A DNA stretch of 64,000 nt from Spirochaetia bacterium (GTDB lineage Bacteria > Spirochaetota > Spirochaetia > SZUA-6 > Bin103): positions 3,776,001-3,840,000 of the forward strand of contig OZ241907.1 in the NCBI GenBank assembly GCA_965203515.1, read 5' to 3'. Below are positions 1-12,890 of this stretch, piece by piece. Under the pieces are notes generated by a model. The model was given only the letters and a program-made list of their open reading frames with translations. It did not search any database and was not told the DNA's origin. Each line of letters begins with the position of its first letter. Positions within the stretch are counted from its first letter, which is position 1. The position numbers were made by a program, and so were the translations under genes.

Positions 1-980
1 AACAGCAGCGCCTCGGTGCCGACGTGCTCCACGTCGAACGCCGACAGCAGGTCCTCGGTGCCGACCATCTCCTGCAGCGAGACCGAGGAGACCTGCCGCT
101 CGAACAGCGTGTCGACCAGGAACGCCGGCGTGCCGGTCTCGAACCAGTGGGCGGCGAACTTGCGGCGGCGCAGCAGCAGCAGCACGTCGAAGGGGTTGTA
201 GACCGATTCCTCGCCCAGCCAGCGATAGCCGTTGTACCAGTCGCGCACCCGTTCCCGGTCCAGTCCGTCGAGTTCCGGGGCGAACACGGTGTCCAGGTCA
301 CCTTCCGTGTAGCCGCAGATCGACGAGTAGGCCGGATCAAGCGTGATGTCGGTGAGGTTGTTGAGGTCGGAGAACAGGCTCACCTTGGAGAACTTGCTCA
401 CGCCGGTCAGGAACGTGAACCGCAGGTGCGCGTCGCAGTCCTTGATCACCCCGTACACGCCGCGCAGGTAGTCGCGGTTGGCGCGCGCCGCTGCCGGCAT
501 CTCCAGCGCTTCCAGGATCGGCTTGTCGTACTCGTCCACCAGCACCGCGACCGGCTGTCCGCTGCGTTCGTGCAGCGATCTGATCAGATAGCCGAACCGC
601 TCCGGCGCGGTGTCGTAGCGGGGGCGCACGCCGGCCGCCTGCTCCAGGCCGTCCAACTGCGCGGCCAGGTTGGCGTGCAGCTGGCCCGGCTCCTTGAAGT
701 GGCCGCCGGCAAAGCTCAACCGCACCACCGGATTGCGTTCCGACCAGTTCCAGCCGGCGTGGACGTGCAGGCCGGCGAACAGCGGCTCGTTGCCCTCGAA
801 CAGCTCCTTCAGCGTGTCCAGGAACAGGCTCTTGCCGAACCGCCGCGGGCGCGACAGGAAGTAGTGCTTCCCTTCGTGGAGCAACCGTTGCAGGTAGGCG
901 GTCTTGTCCACGTAGTAGCAATTCTCCTCGCGCAGCTCGCGGAAGGTCTGGATGCCGATCGGCAGCCGGCGTCTGGTCAT
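1..980 (-). CDS. AAA-ATPase-like protein (PF09820 type, usually with C-terminal PD-(D/E)XK_9 nuclease); runs off the left edge
   Basis: Not in the ORF track. Read manually from ATG at 980: MTRRRLPIGIQTFRELREENCYYVDKT...YFLSRPRRFGKSLFLDTLKELFEG; Walker B VLVDEYDKP; FLTGVSKFSK motif. Confidence 0.9.
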   Translation of the reverse strand, partial: MTRRRLPIGIQTFRELREENCYYVDKTAYLQRLLHEGKHYFLSRPRRFGKSLFLDTLKELFEGNEPLFAGLHVHAGWNWSERNPVVRLSFAGGHFKEPGQLHANLAAQLDGLEQAAGVRPRYDTAPERFGYLIRSLHERSGQPVAVLVDEYDKPILEALEMPAAARANRDYLRGVYGVIKDCDAHLRFTFLTGVSKFSKVSLFSDLNNLTDITLDPAYSSICGYTEGDLDTVFAPELDGLDRERVRDWYNGYRWLGEESVYNPFDVLLLLRRRKFAAHWFETGTPAFLVDTLFERQVSSVSLQEMVGTEDLLSAFDVEHVGTEALL

Positions 981-984
981 CGGC

Positions 985-4539
<3,555 letters not shown>

Positions 4540-4636
4540 GCCGCGATGATAGAACGCCTCTCGCTCAGGCGGCACGCGCGCGGTCGCGGAAGCCGGCTCG
4601 ACAGCGAAGCCGTCATGGGATAGACCGGACGACGCC

Positions 4637-5161
4637 ATGGCTGACACGGCCGATCACGTCCACGCACCGGCGACGCGGTTCTGCGCCGCCTGCGCCGCGC
4701 CGCTGACCACGCGCTGCGTCGACGGCCGGCAACGGCCGGCGTGCGAGCGGTGCGGCGCGGTGGTCTACCTGGACCCCAAGGTGGCCGCCGGCGCCATCGT
4801 CGTCGACCGGGACCGCATCGCCCTGGTCAAGCGAGCGATCAGCCCGGCGCGCGGCAAGTGGACCTTTCCCGGAGGCTACGTCGACCGCGGCGAGCCGGTC
4901 GACCGAGCCGCCGTGCGCGAGACCTGGGAAGAGGCCGGCCTGCGCGTGCGCATCGAAGGGCTGCACGGCGTCTTCTCCTACCCGCACGTGACGGCGGTGC
5001 TGATCGTCTATACCGCGGCGGTCACCGGCGGCGCGCTGGCGGCCGGACCGGAGTGCGAGGCGGCCGCCTGGGTCGAGCCGACCGCCATCCCGTGGGCGGA
5101 GCTCGCCTTTCCCAGTACCGCCGACGCGCTGCGCGCGTGGATCGATCGAGGCGTCCGGTGA
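4637..5161 (+). CDS. Nudix hydrolase with N-terminal zinc ribbon
   Basis: CAAC...CERC, then Nudix box PGGYVDRGEPVDRAAVRETWEEAG. Confidence 0.9.
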   Translation: MADTADHVHAPATRFCAACAAPLTTRCVDGRQRPACERCGAVVYLDPKVAAGAIVVDRDRIALVKRAISPARGKWTFPGGYVDRGEPVDRAAVRETWEEAGLRVRIEGLHGVFSYPHVTAVLIVYTAAVTGGALAAGPECEAAAWVEPTAIPWAELAFPSTADALRAWIDRGVR

Positions 5162-6510
5162 GAGAGACGCTGGAGCGCATCTACCGCGCCGGCCTGGATC
5201 CGGTGCGGCCCGATCGGCTGATCCGCTCGGCCGTGTCGGTCGCCGGCCACACCCTGCGGGTCGCCGGCCGGGACGGCCAGGTCGACCTGCGCAGCGTCCG
5301 CCGGATCATCGTGATCGGCGCCGGCAAAGCGTCGGCGAGCATGGCGCTGGCGCTGGAGGAGGTGCTGGGCGACCGGATCGCCGGCGGCGCCATCGCCACC
5401 AAGGCCGGCCACGGCGAGCCGCTCGAACGCATCGAGGTGATCGAGGCCGGCCATCCGGTCCCCGACGAGGCGAGCGTGAGCGCCGCGCGCGCGATCATCC
5501 GGCACTGCCGCGAAGCGGACGCCGGCACGCTGGTGATCGGCCTGATCTCCGGCGGCGGGTCGGCGCTGCTGGCCGCGCCGCTCGACACCGCCGGCCGCGC
5601 CCCGCGCCTCGACCTGGACGACAAGCGCCGGGTCACGGAGCTGCTGCTCGCCTCCGGCGCCGCCATCGGGGAGATGAACTGCGTCCGCAAGCACCTGTCG
5701 CAGGTGAAGGGCGGCCGGCTGGCGGCCCTGATCCACCCCGCCCGCTCCCTCAACCTGATCCTGTCCGACGTGGTCGGCGACCGCCTGGACACCATCGCCT
5801 CCGGCCTGACCGCCGCCGACGCCACCACCTACGCGGACGCCCTGGCGATCACCGATCGCTACGGGGTGACCGCGGCGCTGCCGGCGGCGGCCCGCCGCCT
5901 GCTGCAGGCCGGCCGCGACGGCCGCCTCCCGGAGACGCCCAAAGCGGGCGCCCGCGAGCTGGCCGGTGTCCGCAACGTGCTGCTGGGAAACAACCTGACC
6001 GCGTTGACCGGCGCCCGCGCGCAGGCGCAGGCGCTCGGCTGGCCGACCCTGGCGCTCTCCTCGCAGATCGTCGGCGAAGCGCGCGAGGTGGCCAAGGTCT
6101 ATCTGGCGATCGGCTCCGACGTCGCCCGTCACGGCGTGGCGGCGTCCGCCCCGTGCTGCGTGATCGGCGGCGGCGAGACGACGGTCACGCTGCGCGGCGA
6201 CGGCGCCGGCGGACGCAGCCAGGAGATGGCGCTCGCCTTTCTCACGGAGTCCGCCGAACACGCGGAGCGGCGCCGGCTCCACTTCCTGGCCGCCTCGACC
6301 GACGGCACGGACGGCCCGACCGACGCCACCGGTGCATTCGCCGACCCGGCGGTGTATGATGCCGCTCGACGGCTGGGATTGACTCCCCGTCACTACCTCG
6401 ATCGCAACGACTCGTACACCTTCTTCGACCGCGCCGGCGGGCTGCTCCGTACGGGACCGACACGCACGAACGTGGGCGATCTGCAGGTGTTGTTGATCAC
6501 CGAGCGATGA
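5158..6510 (+). CDS. Glycerate 2-kinase (MOFRL/DUF4147 family)
   Basis: GAGKAS, AGHPVPD, LISGGGSAL, RKHLSQVKGG, GGETTV, TDGTDGPTDA, TGPTRTNVGD. GTG start overlaps the Nudix stop (GTGA). Confidence 0.9.
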   Translation: MRETLERIYRAGLDPVRPDRLIRSAVSVAGHTLRVAGRDGQVDLRSVRRIIVIGAGKASASMALALEEVLGDRIAGGAIATKAGHGEPLERIEVIEAGHPVPDEASVSAARAIIRHCREADAGTLVIGLISGGGSALLAAPLDTAGRAPRLDLDDKRRVTELLLASGAAIGEMNCVRKHLSQVKGGRLAALIHPARSLNLILSDVVGDRLDTIASGLTAADATTYADALAITDRYGVTAALPAAARRLLQAGRDGRLPETPKAGARELAGVRNVLLGNNLTALTGARAQAQALGWPTLALSSQIVGEAREVAKVYLAIGSDVARHGVAASAPCCVIGGGETTVTLRGDGAGGRSQEMALAFLTESAEHAERRRLHFLAASTDGTDGPTDATGAFADPAVYDAARRLGLTPRHYLDRNDSYTFFDRAGGLLRTGPTRTNVGDLQVLLITER

Positions 6511-6523
6511 AGGGACTGCTGGC

Positions 6524-7600
6524 ATGAACCGACCCTGGGCCCGCTATGCGGACGGACTGTCGATCTCCAAGGAAGCATTCGAGCGGCTGGCGGCGGCGGC
6601 GCCCGACGGGGTGCTGGACGTCTTCGCCTCCGATCAGCACGGCTCCTACCTGGCGCTGCTCACCACCTTTCTGGCCAACACGCCCGCACCGCGGCCGGCC
6701 GGCGACGACGACGTGCGCCGCACCGCGCACGAGTTCGCGGCGGCGCTCGACGGCGCGGCCAGCGCGGCGCTGTTCAACCGCCTGGCCTACACCTCCCCCG
6801 GTTTCCGCGAGAAGCTGGGCGACACCTACCTGATCGGCCGCCTGGAATCGTCCGCCGCGCAGACGGTCGACGGCGGCGCCGGCAAACTGGCGGTGCTGGA
6901 GCTGCCGCCCGAAGAGGCGGCCGAGCGGGTCGACGGCTTCAAGACGCTGGTCAACCTCAACCCCGACCACCCGGAGAGCTGGAAGCGCAACCGCGACTGG
7001 CTGGCCGGCGTGGCCGAGCGGTGCACGCGGCTGGGCAAGCCGCTGTTCTCGGAAACGCTGCTGCTGCAGAAACCGGGCGAGGACCGCGCCGCCTTCGCCG
7101 CGCGGCTGCCGGAGGCGCTGGTGCGGATCGCCGAGGAGTTCGGCTCGTTCGGCGCCTTCTACAAGACGCAGATGCCGCTGCTCTGGATCGAGGACGGCGC
7201 CGGCAACGTGCAGCCCGCCTCCGGCGCCGAGGTGGTGCGCGACACCTGCCGACGGATCGCCGAGGCGTGCCCGCGGCCGCTGTTCCTGCTGAGCGCGGCG
7301 GTCGACTTTGCCCAGTACGCCGCCCAGTACGCGCTGGTCGCCGACCTGGTGGCCGCGCCGATGTGCGGCCGCGCCTACTTCAAGGAGGCGTTCACCGCCG
7401 ACTCCGCGACGAGCTGGGAAGGGTTGGTGGCCGCCTTCGAGCGCATCGCCCTGCCGCGCGTGCGCCAGATGCGGGAGCTGGCCACGGCGCGCAGCCGGCC
7501 CTGGTGGCACGCGCTGGAGTGGATCGCGGACGAGGGCCGCCGGCTGATCCGCACCGGGACGCGCAGCCTGTCGAGCGTCGCCGCCGACTTCGGCTACTGA
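6524..7600 (+). CDS. Class I aldolase, tagatose-bisphosphate/sulfofructose-phosphate aldolase (LacD/YihT)-like
   Basis: FASDQH; GFKTLV...KPLFSETL; putative Schiff-base Lys in FYKTQMP; LLSAAV; MCGRAYF, matching the LacD motif order. Confidence 0.7.
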   Translation: MNRPWARYADGLSISKEAFERLAAAAPDGVLDVFASDQHGSYLALLTTFLANTPAPRPAGDDDVRRTAHEFAAALDGAASAALFNRLAYTSPGFREKLGDTYLIGRLESSAAQTVDGGAGKLAVLELPPEEAAERVDGFKTLVNLNPDHPESWKRNRDWLAGVAERCTRLGKPLFSETLLLQKPGEDRAAFAARLPEALVRIAEEFGSFGAFYKTQMPLLWIEDGAGNVQPASGAEVVRDTCRRIAEACPRPLFLLSAAVDFAQYAAQYALVADLVAAPMCGRAYFKEAFTADSATSWEGLVAAFERIALPRVRQMRELATARSRPWWHALEWIADEGRRLIRTGTRSLSSVAADFGY

Positions 7601-7635
7601 CCGCCCCAGCGGCCGGCATGGTCAGGCCGGCCTGG

Positions 7636-9054
7636 TCAGCGGCTGATCGTCGCGGTGAAGGTGCGCGCGCGGCTCGTGCCGGGACGCAACACCGCAATCC
7701 GCCCCGTATCGGCCTCGCGCAGGGCGTCGTAGAGGGCGTCCGCGTCGCCCACCGCGCGGTTATCGACGCTGGTGATCACGTCCATGGGGCGTATGCCGGC
7801 GCGCCACGCGGCCGAGGATTCCGACACCTGCCGGACCACAAGGCCCCGGCCCGCCGGATTGTCGATGGCGTGGATCCCCGGCCAGTCGGTCCCTGCCCAT
7901 CGTTGGGTCGCCGGCCGCTCGGCCAGCCGCACGCGGATGTCGCGCTCCGTGCCGTCGCGCGCGACGGCCACGGACAGCCGGGTACCGGCACCGGCCTCGG
8001 CCACGGCGCGCATCAGCTCCCGGGTGTCGGCGATCGGCAGTCCGTCGATGGCGACGATCACGTCGCCCGCCAGCAGCCCCGCGCGCTCCGCGGGAGCGCC
8101 CGTCACCACGCTGTAGACCAGGGCACCATCGCTCGGCTCGCCGGCGTCGGTCGGCAGGATGCCCAGATAGCCGTGACGCACGCCGCCGCCGCGCAGTTGT
8201 TCGGCGACCCGCACGGCGGTATTGATCGGCAGCGCGAAGCCGATGCCGACGCCGCTTCCGGTCCGGGACGCGATCCAGGTGTTGATGCCGATGACCGAGC
8301 CGTCCAGCGCGACCAGCGAGCCCCCGGAATTGCCGGGGTTGATCGACGCGTCGGTCTGGATGTACTCGGCATACGGGTTGCTTTGCTGCTCGCGCCCGAC
8401 GGCGCTGATGATCCCGGAGGTGACCGACGACTGAAATCCGAAGGGGCTGCCGACCGCCAGCACCTGATCGCCGACCACCAGAGCGTCCGAGTCGCCCAGC
8501 GTGGCGACCGCCAGCGGCTCCGGCCACGAGAAGCTCAGCACGGCGATGTCGCGGGTGCCGTCCGATCCGATCAGGCGGACGCCTTCGACCTCGGCCCCGT
8601 CGTGCAAGGTCACGCGGATGGTATCGGTATTCCGGATCACGTGGCTGTTGGTGAGCACGTAATAGGTGTTGCCGCGTCGGTCGTAGATCACGCCGGAGCC
8701 GGTGCCGCCGGGTTGCTCGAACTCGAAGCCGCGAAAGCTGCGCGCGATGCGGTTGGTGTCGATCTGCACCACGGTGGGCACCGAGGCGGCGGCCACGTCG
8801 CGGAATACCTGCTGCAAGGCGAGCGCGGCATCGATCGTCTCCGGCCCTGAAGACACGGTCCGGGTCAAGGACGAATCGGCTGCGTCGGCCGCGCGCGCCG
8901 GCGGCGCAACGTCCCGAGCGGCGGGTTGGCCGCCGTCGACCACCGAGCAGGCCGCGAACAGCGCACTGAGGATCGCCACCGGCGCCACCCGGCGAACGGA
9001 GCGCCCGATCGACCGGTGAGCGTCGATTCCGTTCCGCATTGCCCCGCGTTCCAT
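7636..9054 (-). CDS. htrA: HtrA/DegP-like serine protease with two PDZ domains, probable lipoprotein
   Basis: Catalytic triad TNSHV / DIAV / GNSGG; IQTDASINPG; two PDZ-like segments; lipobox-like LFAAC; GGAGG upstream of ATG 9054. Confidence 0.88.
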   Translation of the reverse strand: MERGAMRNGIDAHRSIGRSVRRVAPVAILSALFAACSVVDGGQPAARDVAPPARAADAADSSLTRTVSSGPETIDAALALQQVFRDVAAASVPTVVQIDTNRIARSFRGFEFEQPGGTGSGVIYDRRGNTYYVLTNSHVIRNTDTIRVTLHDGAEVEGVRLIGSDGTRDIAVLSFSWPEPLAVATLGDSDALVVGDQVLAVGSPFGFQSSVTSGIISAVGREQQSNPYAEYIQTDASINPGNSGGSLVALDGSVIGINTWIASRTGSGVGIGFALPINTAVRVAEQLRGGGVRHGYLGILPTDAGEPSDGALVYSVVTGAPAERAGLLAGDVIVAIDGLPIADTRELMRAVAEAGAGTRLSVAVARDGTERDIRVRLAERPATQRWAGTDWPGIHAIDNPAGRGLVVRQVSESSAAWRAGIRPMDVITSVDNRAVGDADALYDALREADTGRIAVLRPGTSRARTFTATISR

Positions 9055-9163
9055 AAGCTCCTCCACGATTACCTCATTCACGATGATCGTCCGGCCGTTT
9101 TACAAAGGGAATGGCATTGCGTTACGAGTTCGCAAACATCGGCCAGGTTTCGGCCGGCCGCGC

Positions 9164-10426
9164 TCATCGCCGATCGCGGAGCGCCCGATCGGTGATACTC
9201 CGTTCCGCGCCCGGCAGCGCCAGCAGCTCCATCTCGATCAGCCGGCGCGTGGCCGCCTCGCCATAGCGGCGGCAGTGCTCCAGCAGCGCGCGCAGCTGCG
9301 CGCGGTCCTCCAGGTGGCGCAGCACCGGATAGGCGCGGCGCAGCGCCGGAAACAGCCGGCGGTGGTCCAGGCGGAGGCTGTGGGGAACGGTGCCGCCGAG
9401 GCGAAGGCCACCGGCCCGGCCGCCGCCGGCCCGGCCGCCGGCCGCCAGCCGCCGGTATTCCCGGTCGAGCTCGGGAGCGAACCGGCCCCCGGCGCAGCGC
9501 CGCACCACCTCCGATTGGATCAGCTCCCGCATCCGGTCCAGATTGGTGCCGGAGCGCACGTCGACGCCGATGCCGAGCGTCACCAGCGGCACGCCATCGG
9601 CGGTGAACCCGACCAGCGTGTCGGTCTGCACGCCCGGCTCGATCGGCAGCGGCGTGGAGCGGGGGTAGACGCGCAACGTCCGCAAGCGCTCGATGCGCCG
9701 CTCCAGCGCGGCGATCGTCGCCTGCAGGCCGGCGCTGCCCGGATCGGCTTCGAGCGCCTCCCGGTAGGCCGGCAGCACTTCTTCCGACAGGTAGTGAACG
9801 GCCTGCGGCAGCGGCACCGTCATGCGCGGCGCGCGCCGTACCTCCTCCTGCCCCTCCTCCAGGCCGTAGGGCGGATCGGCCTGGTGCTCCCGCGCCGACA
9901 CCGGCAGCAGCGCCTTGAGCAGGGAGCGCAGCGGCTCGCGCAGCTGCTCGGTCTTGAACAGGGGGCGGTAGGTGTCGTCGCGGTGCGCGTGCTTGCTGAC
10001 CGCCGACGCCACGATCCGCGCCAGCGATCGAACGCGTTCGGCATCGGCGACCCGGTCCTCCAGCAGCGGCGCGCCGCCGGCCATCAGAAAGCGCTCGAGC
10101 TGCGCCTGCGCGGCGGCGAACTCCGGCGAGTCGCGGATCACCCCGGACTGATCGTCGGAGAGCGACAGCCCGCGCAGGTCATCGAGGGCCTGCAGCGCCG
10201 CCAGCGCCTTGCCGCGCGCCAACTCGGCGTCCCGCCCGCCCTCGACCGCCAGCGTGGCCAGTTCCAGGCGCACGGCGGCCAACTCCAGGATGGTGCGGAA
10301 GTCGCGCAGACCGGCGAAGCGCCGGTCGTCGATACGGACCTCGGCATCCAGGCGCGCCTCGGTGCCGGTGAGCCGGCGCACCTCACGGGAGTAGCCGTCA
10401 GGGATGATCTCCAGGTCAGACGTCAT
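9164..10426 (-). CDS. Hypothetical protein, helical/coiled
   Basis: 420-aa ORF with normal coding composition, co-oriented upstream of htrA; no motif recognised. Confidence 0.7.
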   Translation of the reverse strand: MTSDLEIIPDGYSREVRRLTGTEARLDAEVRIDDRRFAGLRDFRTILELAAVRLELATLAVEGGRDAELARGKALAALQALDDLRGLSLSDDQSGVIRDSPEFAAAQAQLERFLMAGGAPLLEDRVADAERVRSLARIVASAVSKHAHRDDTYRPLFKTEQLREPLRSLLKALLPVSAREHQADPPYGLEEGQEEVRRAPRMTVPLPQAVHYLSEEVLPAYREALEADPGSAGLQATIAALERRIERLRTLRVYPRSTPLPIEPGVQTDTLVGFTADGVPLVTLGIGVDVRSGTNLDRMRELIQSEVVRRCAGGRFAPELDREYRRLAAGGRAGGGRAGGLRLGGTVPHSLRLDHRRLFPALRRAYPVLRHLEDRAQLRALLEHCRRYGEAATRRLIEMELLALPGAERSITDRALRDRR

Positions 10427-10494
10427 CCGGTGGTTCCGTACCGACTATGCTTCGGCCGGGCGCACGGCGTCCACAAAGGGATGACGTTTCGGGT

Positions 10495-11229
10495 ATGCTG
10501 ACCGTCATGGGACGATGGATGGTACCGGTTCTGGCCGCGATGTTGGCATTGTGCTCGGCCTGCGCGAGGGCGGCCCCGACCGCGGAGCCGACTCCGACCA
10601 AGGCGCCGACCGAGACTCCGGCTCCAACCGAGACCCCGGCTCCGACCGAGGCTCGCTACCGGGTCACGTTCGCCGCCACCTGGAGCGCGGCGACCCACCC
10701 GCGGAACTTTCCTGGCAATCCGCACTTCTCCGGTCTGGTCGGCGCGACGCACGGGGACATCCGCATCTGGCAGTCCGGCAAGGCCGCCTCCGCCGGCATG
10801 GAGCTGATGGCGGAGACCGGCGGCAAGAGCCGGCTGCTGAGCGAGATAGATCGACTGATCGAGGGCGGTTCCGCGCACTCCCGACTCTCCGGCGGCGGAC
10901 TGTCGACCTCTCCGTCGAACGTCAGTCTGGAGTTCACCGCCGTCTCCTCGCATCCGTTCGTGACCCTGGTCAGCATGCTGGCGCCGAGCCCCGACTGGTT
11001 CGTGGGCGTATCCGCGCTGCCGCTGATGGAGGACGGCGCCTGGAAGGCCCGCGTGGAAGTGGCGCTCTCCGTCTACGACGCCGGCACGGACGACGGCGCG
11101 GTCTTCACCGCCGCCGACGCCGATACCGATCCGGCCGAGGCGATAGCCGCGCTGACCAGCGACCCGGACGACACCGACTTCTCCGAAGGCAAGCCGGTCG
11201 TGGGCACCTTCGTCTTCGAACGGCTCTGA
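10495..11229 (+). CDS. Spondin_N domain lipoprotein with Pro/Thr linker
   Basis: ARYRVTFAATWS...HP...HFSGLVGATH, SMLAPSPDWFVG, YDAGTD; lipobox-like LCSAC; PTETPA repeats. Start uncertain (10495/10507/10519). Confidence 0.85.
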   Translation: MLTVMGRWMVPVLAAMLALCSACARAAPTAEPTPTKAPTETPAPTETPAPTEARYRVTFAATWSAATHPRNFPGNPHFSGLVGATHGDIRIWQSGKAASAGMELMAETGGKSRLLSEIDRLIEGGSAHSRLSGGGLSTSPSNVSLEFTAVSSHPFVTLVSMLAPSPDWFVGVSALPLMEDGAWKARVEVALSVYDAGTDDGAVFTAADADTDPAEAIAALTSDPDDTDFSEGKPVVGTFVFERL

Positions 11230-11251
11230 AGCGGACCCGCGTGGCCGCGCG

Positions 11252-11725
11252 ATGAGCGTCATGGAACGGATTCGGGCGATGCTGGATGAGGCGGGGGTCG
11301 ATTACCGCCACGTCCGCCACGAGGCGGTACGGACCTCCGAGCAGGCGGCGCGCGTGCGCGGCGAGCCGCTGTCGATCGGCGGCAAGGCGCTGGTGGTCAA
11401 GCTCGGCGACCGGTTCCGGCTGTTCGTGCTGAGCGCGGCGCTCCGGCTCGACTCCACGGCCGTGCGCGACCGGTTCGACACGCGCCGCATCCGCTTTGCC
11501 AGCGCGCCGGAGCTGCTGGAGATCACCGGGCTGGCGCCCGGCAGCGTGCCGCCGTTCGGCGAGCCGATCCTGCCGCTGCCGCTGCACGTCGACCCGTCGG
11601 TCCTAGCCAACGACCGCATCGCCTTCAACGCCGGATCGCTGACCGATTCGATCGTCATGCCGACCGCCGACTACCGGACGCTGGCCGGCGGCGAGGTCTT
11701 CCCCTTCGCGGAGGCGGGCGGATGA
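11252..11725 (+). CDS. YbaK/ProX aminoacyl-tRNA deacylase family protein
   Basis: GKALVVK, TGLAPGSVPPFG, AFNAGS. Confidence 0.88.
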   Translation: MSVMERIRAMLDEAGVDYRHVRHEAVRTSEQAARVRGEPLSIGGKALVVKLGDRFRLFVLSAALRLDSTAVRDRFDTRRIRFASAPELLEITGLAPGSVPPFGEPILPLPLHVDPSVLANDRIAFNAGSLTDSIVMPTADYRTLAGGEVFPFAEAGG

Positions 11726-12852
11726 CGCGCGCCGGCGCCGCCGCTCTGCTGGCGTTGCTGGTCACGCTGGGGGCCGGCGCCGAGCCGACCGTGGTCGTGG
11801 AGCGGGTCGAATCGGAGGCGGCAACCTTCCGCGTGGTGCGCGTGGCGGACGGCCTGAACCGTCCCTGGTCGATCGCCTTCCTGCCCGGCGGCAGCGCGCT
11901 GGTCAGCGAACGACCGGGCGATCTGCTGCGTCTGGATACTCAGACCGGCGCGTTGCGCACGCTGTCCGGGACGCCGCGGGTCGCGGCGACAGGCCAGGGC
12001 GGACTGCTGGACGTGGAGCCGCACCCGGCGTTCGCCGAGAATCGGCTGGTCTACCTCTCCTACTCGACCGGCCGCCGCGGGCGGTTCGCCACCAGCATCG
12101 CCCGCGGGCGGCTCACCGACTCCGGGCTCGAAGAGGTCGAGGTGCTGTTCACCATGAATCGGCCGTCGGGCGACCGCAGCCACTTCGGCTCGCGCCTGGC
12201 ATTCGGCGCCGACGGCATGCTGTATGCATCCTTCGGAGATCGGGGCGAGCGGGACCGCGCCCAGGATCCGGCCGACCACGCGGGCACCATCATCCGCCTG
12301 CGCGACGACGGCGCGGCGCCGGCCGACAACCCGTTCGCCGCCGGCGGCGGAGCCGCCGAGGTCTACTCCTTCGGGCACCGCAATCCGCAGGGGCTGACCG
12401 TCCACCCGGTGACCGGCCGCCTGTGGTCGCACGAGCACGGACCGCAGGGCGGCGACGAGATCAACGTGATCAAGGCCGGCGTGAACTACGGCTGGCCGGT
12501 GATCAGCTACGGCGCCGAGTACGGCAGCGGCGCGCCGATCGGCATCGGCACCGCGGCGCCCGGCATGGCGCAGCCGGTGCTGCACTGGACGCCGTCGATC
12601 GCCCCGTCGGGCATGACCTTCTACGACGGCGACCGCTTCCCCGGCTGGCAGGGCGACCTGTTCGCCGGCGCGCTGGCCGGCCGGCATCTGCGCCGCGTGC
12701 AGCTCGACGGCGAGCGGGTCGTCGCGCAGGAGGTGCTCCTGCAGCGGCGCGTCGGCCGCGTCCGTGACGTCAGGCAGGGGCCGGACGGCATGCTGTGGCT
12801 GCTGGAGGACGCCCGCCGCGGCTCGATCTTTCGGCTGGAGCCGGCGTCGTGA
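11722..12852 (+). CDS. PQQ-dependent sugar dehydrogenase (GSDH/YliI family)
   Basis: GLNRPWSIAFLP, GQGGLLDV, HFGSRL, SFGHRNPQGL, EHGPQGGDEIN, NYGWP, RVRDVRQGPDG; signal peptide. Confidence 0.92.
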   Translation: MTRAGAAALLALLVTLGAGAEPTVVVERVESEAATFRVVRVADGLNRPWSIAFLPGGSALVSERPGDLLRLDTQTGALRTLSGTPRVAATGQGGLLDVEPHPAFAENRLVYLSYSTGRRGRFATSIARGRLTDSGLEEVEVLFTMNRPSGDRSHFGSRLAFGADGMLYASFGDRGERDRAQDPADHAGTIIRLRDDGAAPADNPFAAGGGAAEVYSFGHRNPQGLTVHPVTGRLWSHEHGPQGGDEINVIKAGVNYGWPVISYGAEYGSGAPIGIGTAAPGMAQPVLHWTPSIAPSGMTFYDGDRFPGWQGDLFAGALAGRHLRRVQLDGERVVAQEVLLQRRVGRVRDVRQGPDGMLWLLEDARRGSIFRLEPAS

Positions 12853-12890
12853 CGACCTGACCGCGCCGCGGCGCCGGCGAGGATCGACTC

